The translations under genes were made by a program, and so were the position numbers. A stretch of DNA of 64,000 nucleotides from NCBI GenBank assembly GCA_026014495.1, contig JAOZIF010000157.1, forward strand, positions 2,363-66,362, given 5' to 3'. The notes under the pieces were generated by a model. That model made no database searches, was not told the DNA's origin, and saw only the letters and a program-made list of their open reading frames with translations. This document shows positions 63,231 through 64,000 of this stretch, piece by piece (the first letter of the stretch is position 1; every line of letters starts with the position of its first letter). This stretch comes from Candidatus Bathyarchaeum sp. Lineage in GTDB: Archaea > Thermoproteota > Bathyarchaeia > Bathyarchaeales > Bathyarchaeaceae.

Positions 63231-64000
63231 ATGAAGTATCTGCTGTTTTTGGGTTGTGCTGTTCCTTACCGGATGCCTAGCTACGAAGTTTCTGCCCGAA
63301 AGGTTCTGGAGCGGCTGGGCGTTGAGTTGGAAGAGATGCCTGAGTTCAACTGTTGTGGTTTGCCTATTGATTCTGTGGATCATGATGCGATGATGGTTTT
63401 GGCTGCGCGGAACCTGTGTTTAGCTGAGCAGAAAGGATTAGACATTCTTACTTTGTGTCCGGGATGCGCAGGAACCCTACGTAAAGTGAACAAGAGTCTT
63501 AGTGAAGACAAGAAACTCAAGGAACACATCAACGCAATTTTAAAGGAGATTGGCATGCAGTTTGAAGGCGGAAAAATACGTGTTCTTCACCTTATACAGG
63601 CGCTTTCAGAAGATGTTGGTTTTGATAAAATCAAGGAAGCTGTGGTAAAACCGTTAACTGACTTACAGGTAACTGAACATAACGGCTGTCACATACTGCG
63701 TCCAGCAAAATACATTGGTTTTGACGACCCAGAAAACCCTGTTATTCTAAAGAAGTTAATTGAAGCAACAGGAGCCAAGTGTTTGGATTACATGTACGAA
63801 ACTGACTGCTGCGGTGCTCCGATAGTTGGTGTTAATGACAAGATTCCATTGCATCTTGCTGGCGATAAGCTTCGTAACATCAAGGCTGTAAATGCACAGG
63901 CGCTGATTACTGTTTGCCCGTTTTGTCACATGATGTTTGACATCAACCAGCCAAGAATAGAACGGCTACTAAACGAAAAATTCGCAATACCAGTACTGCA
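63231..64000 (+). CDS. hdrB: Heterodisulfide reductase subunit B (partial; runs off window end)
   Basis: My own translation: MKYLLFLGCAVPYRMPSYEV...EFNCCGLP...ETDCCGAP...VCPFCHMMFD, showing two CCG-domain signatures. No stop through position 64000. Starts 5 nt after the hdrC stop. Confidence 0.85.
   Translation, partial: MKYLLFLGCAVPYRMPSYEVSARKVLERLGVELEEMPEFNCCGLPIDSVDHDAMMVLAARNLCLAEQKGLDILTLCPGCAGTLRKVNKSLSEDKKLKEHINAILKEIGMQFEGGKIRVLHLIQALSEDVGFDKIKEAVVKPLTDLQVTEHNGCHILRPAKYIGFDDPENPVILKKLIEATGAKCLDYMYETDCCGAPIVGVNDKIPLHLAGDKLRNIKAVNAQALITVCPFCHMMFDINQPRIERLLNEKFAIPVL

Noticed and set aside
1-64000. CRISPR arrays, rRNA genes, transposases
   Set aside because: I saw no regularly spaced direct repeats of 24-40 nt and no rRNA-like conserved strings. 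No ORF had transposase or integrase motifs on either strand. This was a visual scan only.

Overview
The window is a gene-dense archaeal chromosomal segment. I saw no rRNA, CRISPR array, transposase or integrase. All calls come from reading motifs by eye; I ran no searches.

The archaeal origin is supported by an rpoB-rpoA-rpl30e-nusA block, a class I CCA-adding enzyme, RNase Z, Trm11, a GPN-loop GTPase and two tRNAs. One of the tRNAs carries a non-canonical insertion. rpoA is a single unsplit 1272-codon ORF. Together with the anaerobic redox gene content, this suggests a TACK-type, possibly Bathyarchaeia-like anaerobe. That assignment is inference only.

Main blocks:
- **236-5412:** a five-gene operon joining a CooF-like FeS protein and an FAD/NAD(P) oxidoreductase to a three-piece archaeal glutamate synthase.
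- **5448-24400:** housekeeping genes (cca, thpR, rnz, trm11, prs, class II-like hmgA, a glycosylase, two radical SAM enzymes, thrC).
- **25350-30055:** an accessory detoxification cluster. It holds padR-MFS, arsR, a 33-codon Cys-rich ORF, acr3, arsM, a second arsR and a ferredoxin.
- **30847-32551:** a cobT-like/cobZ-like pair.
- **34285-42212:** the RNA polymerase operon.
- **42395-46401:** a PEF-CTERM beta-helix surface protein and small membrane/wHTH genes.
- **46423-64000:** a redox region with polyferredoxin plus an HdrA::MvhD fusion, a full hypABCDEF set interrupted by unknown genes, a duplicated FeS-MvhD adaptor gene coupled to nfnAB-like genes, then hdrC-hdrB.

Most interesting observations:
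- The FeS-MvhD/Nfn/Hdr arrangement.
- A CCx4C mini-ORF in the ars locus.
- Two structured non-coding elements (7547-7703 and 52365-52600).
- Two genes whose conserved N-termini lie upstream of any canonical start codon.
- An orphan PEF-CTERM-like tail.
- Block-wise switching of synonymous codon usage.
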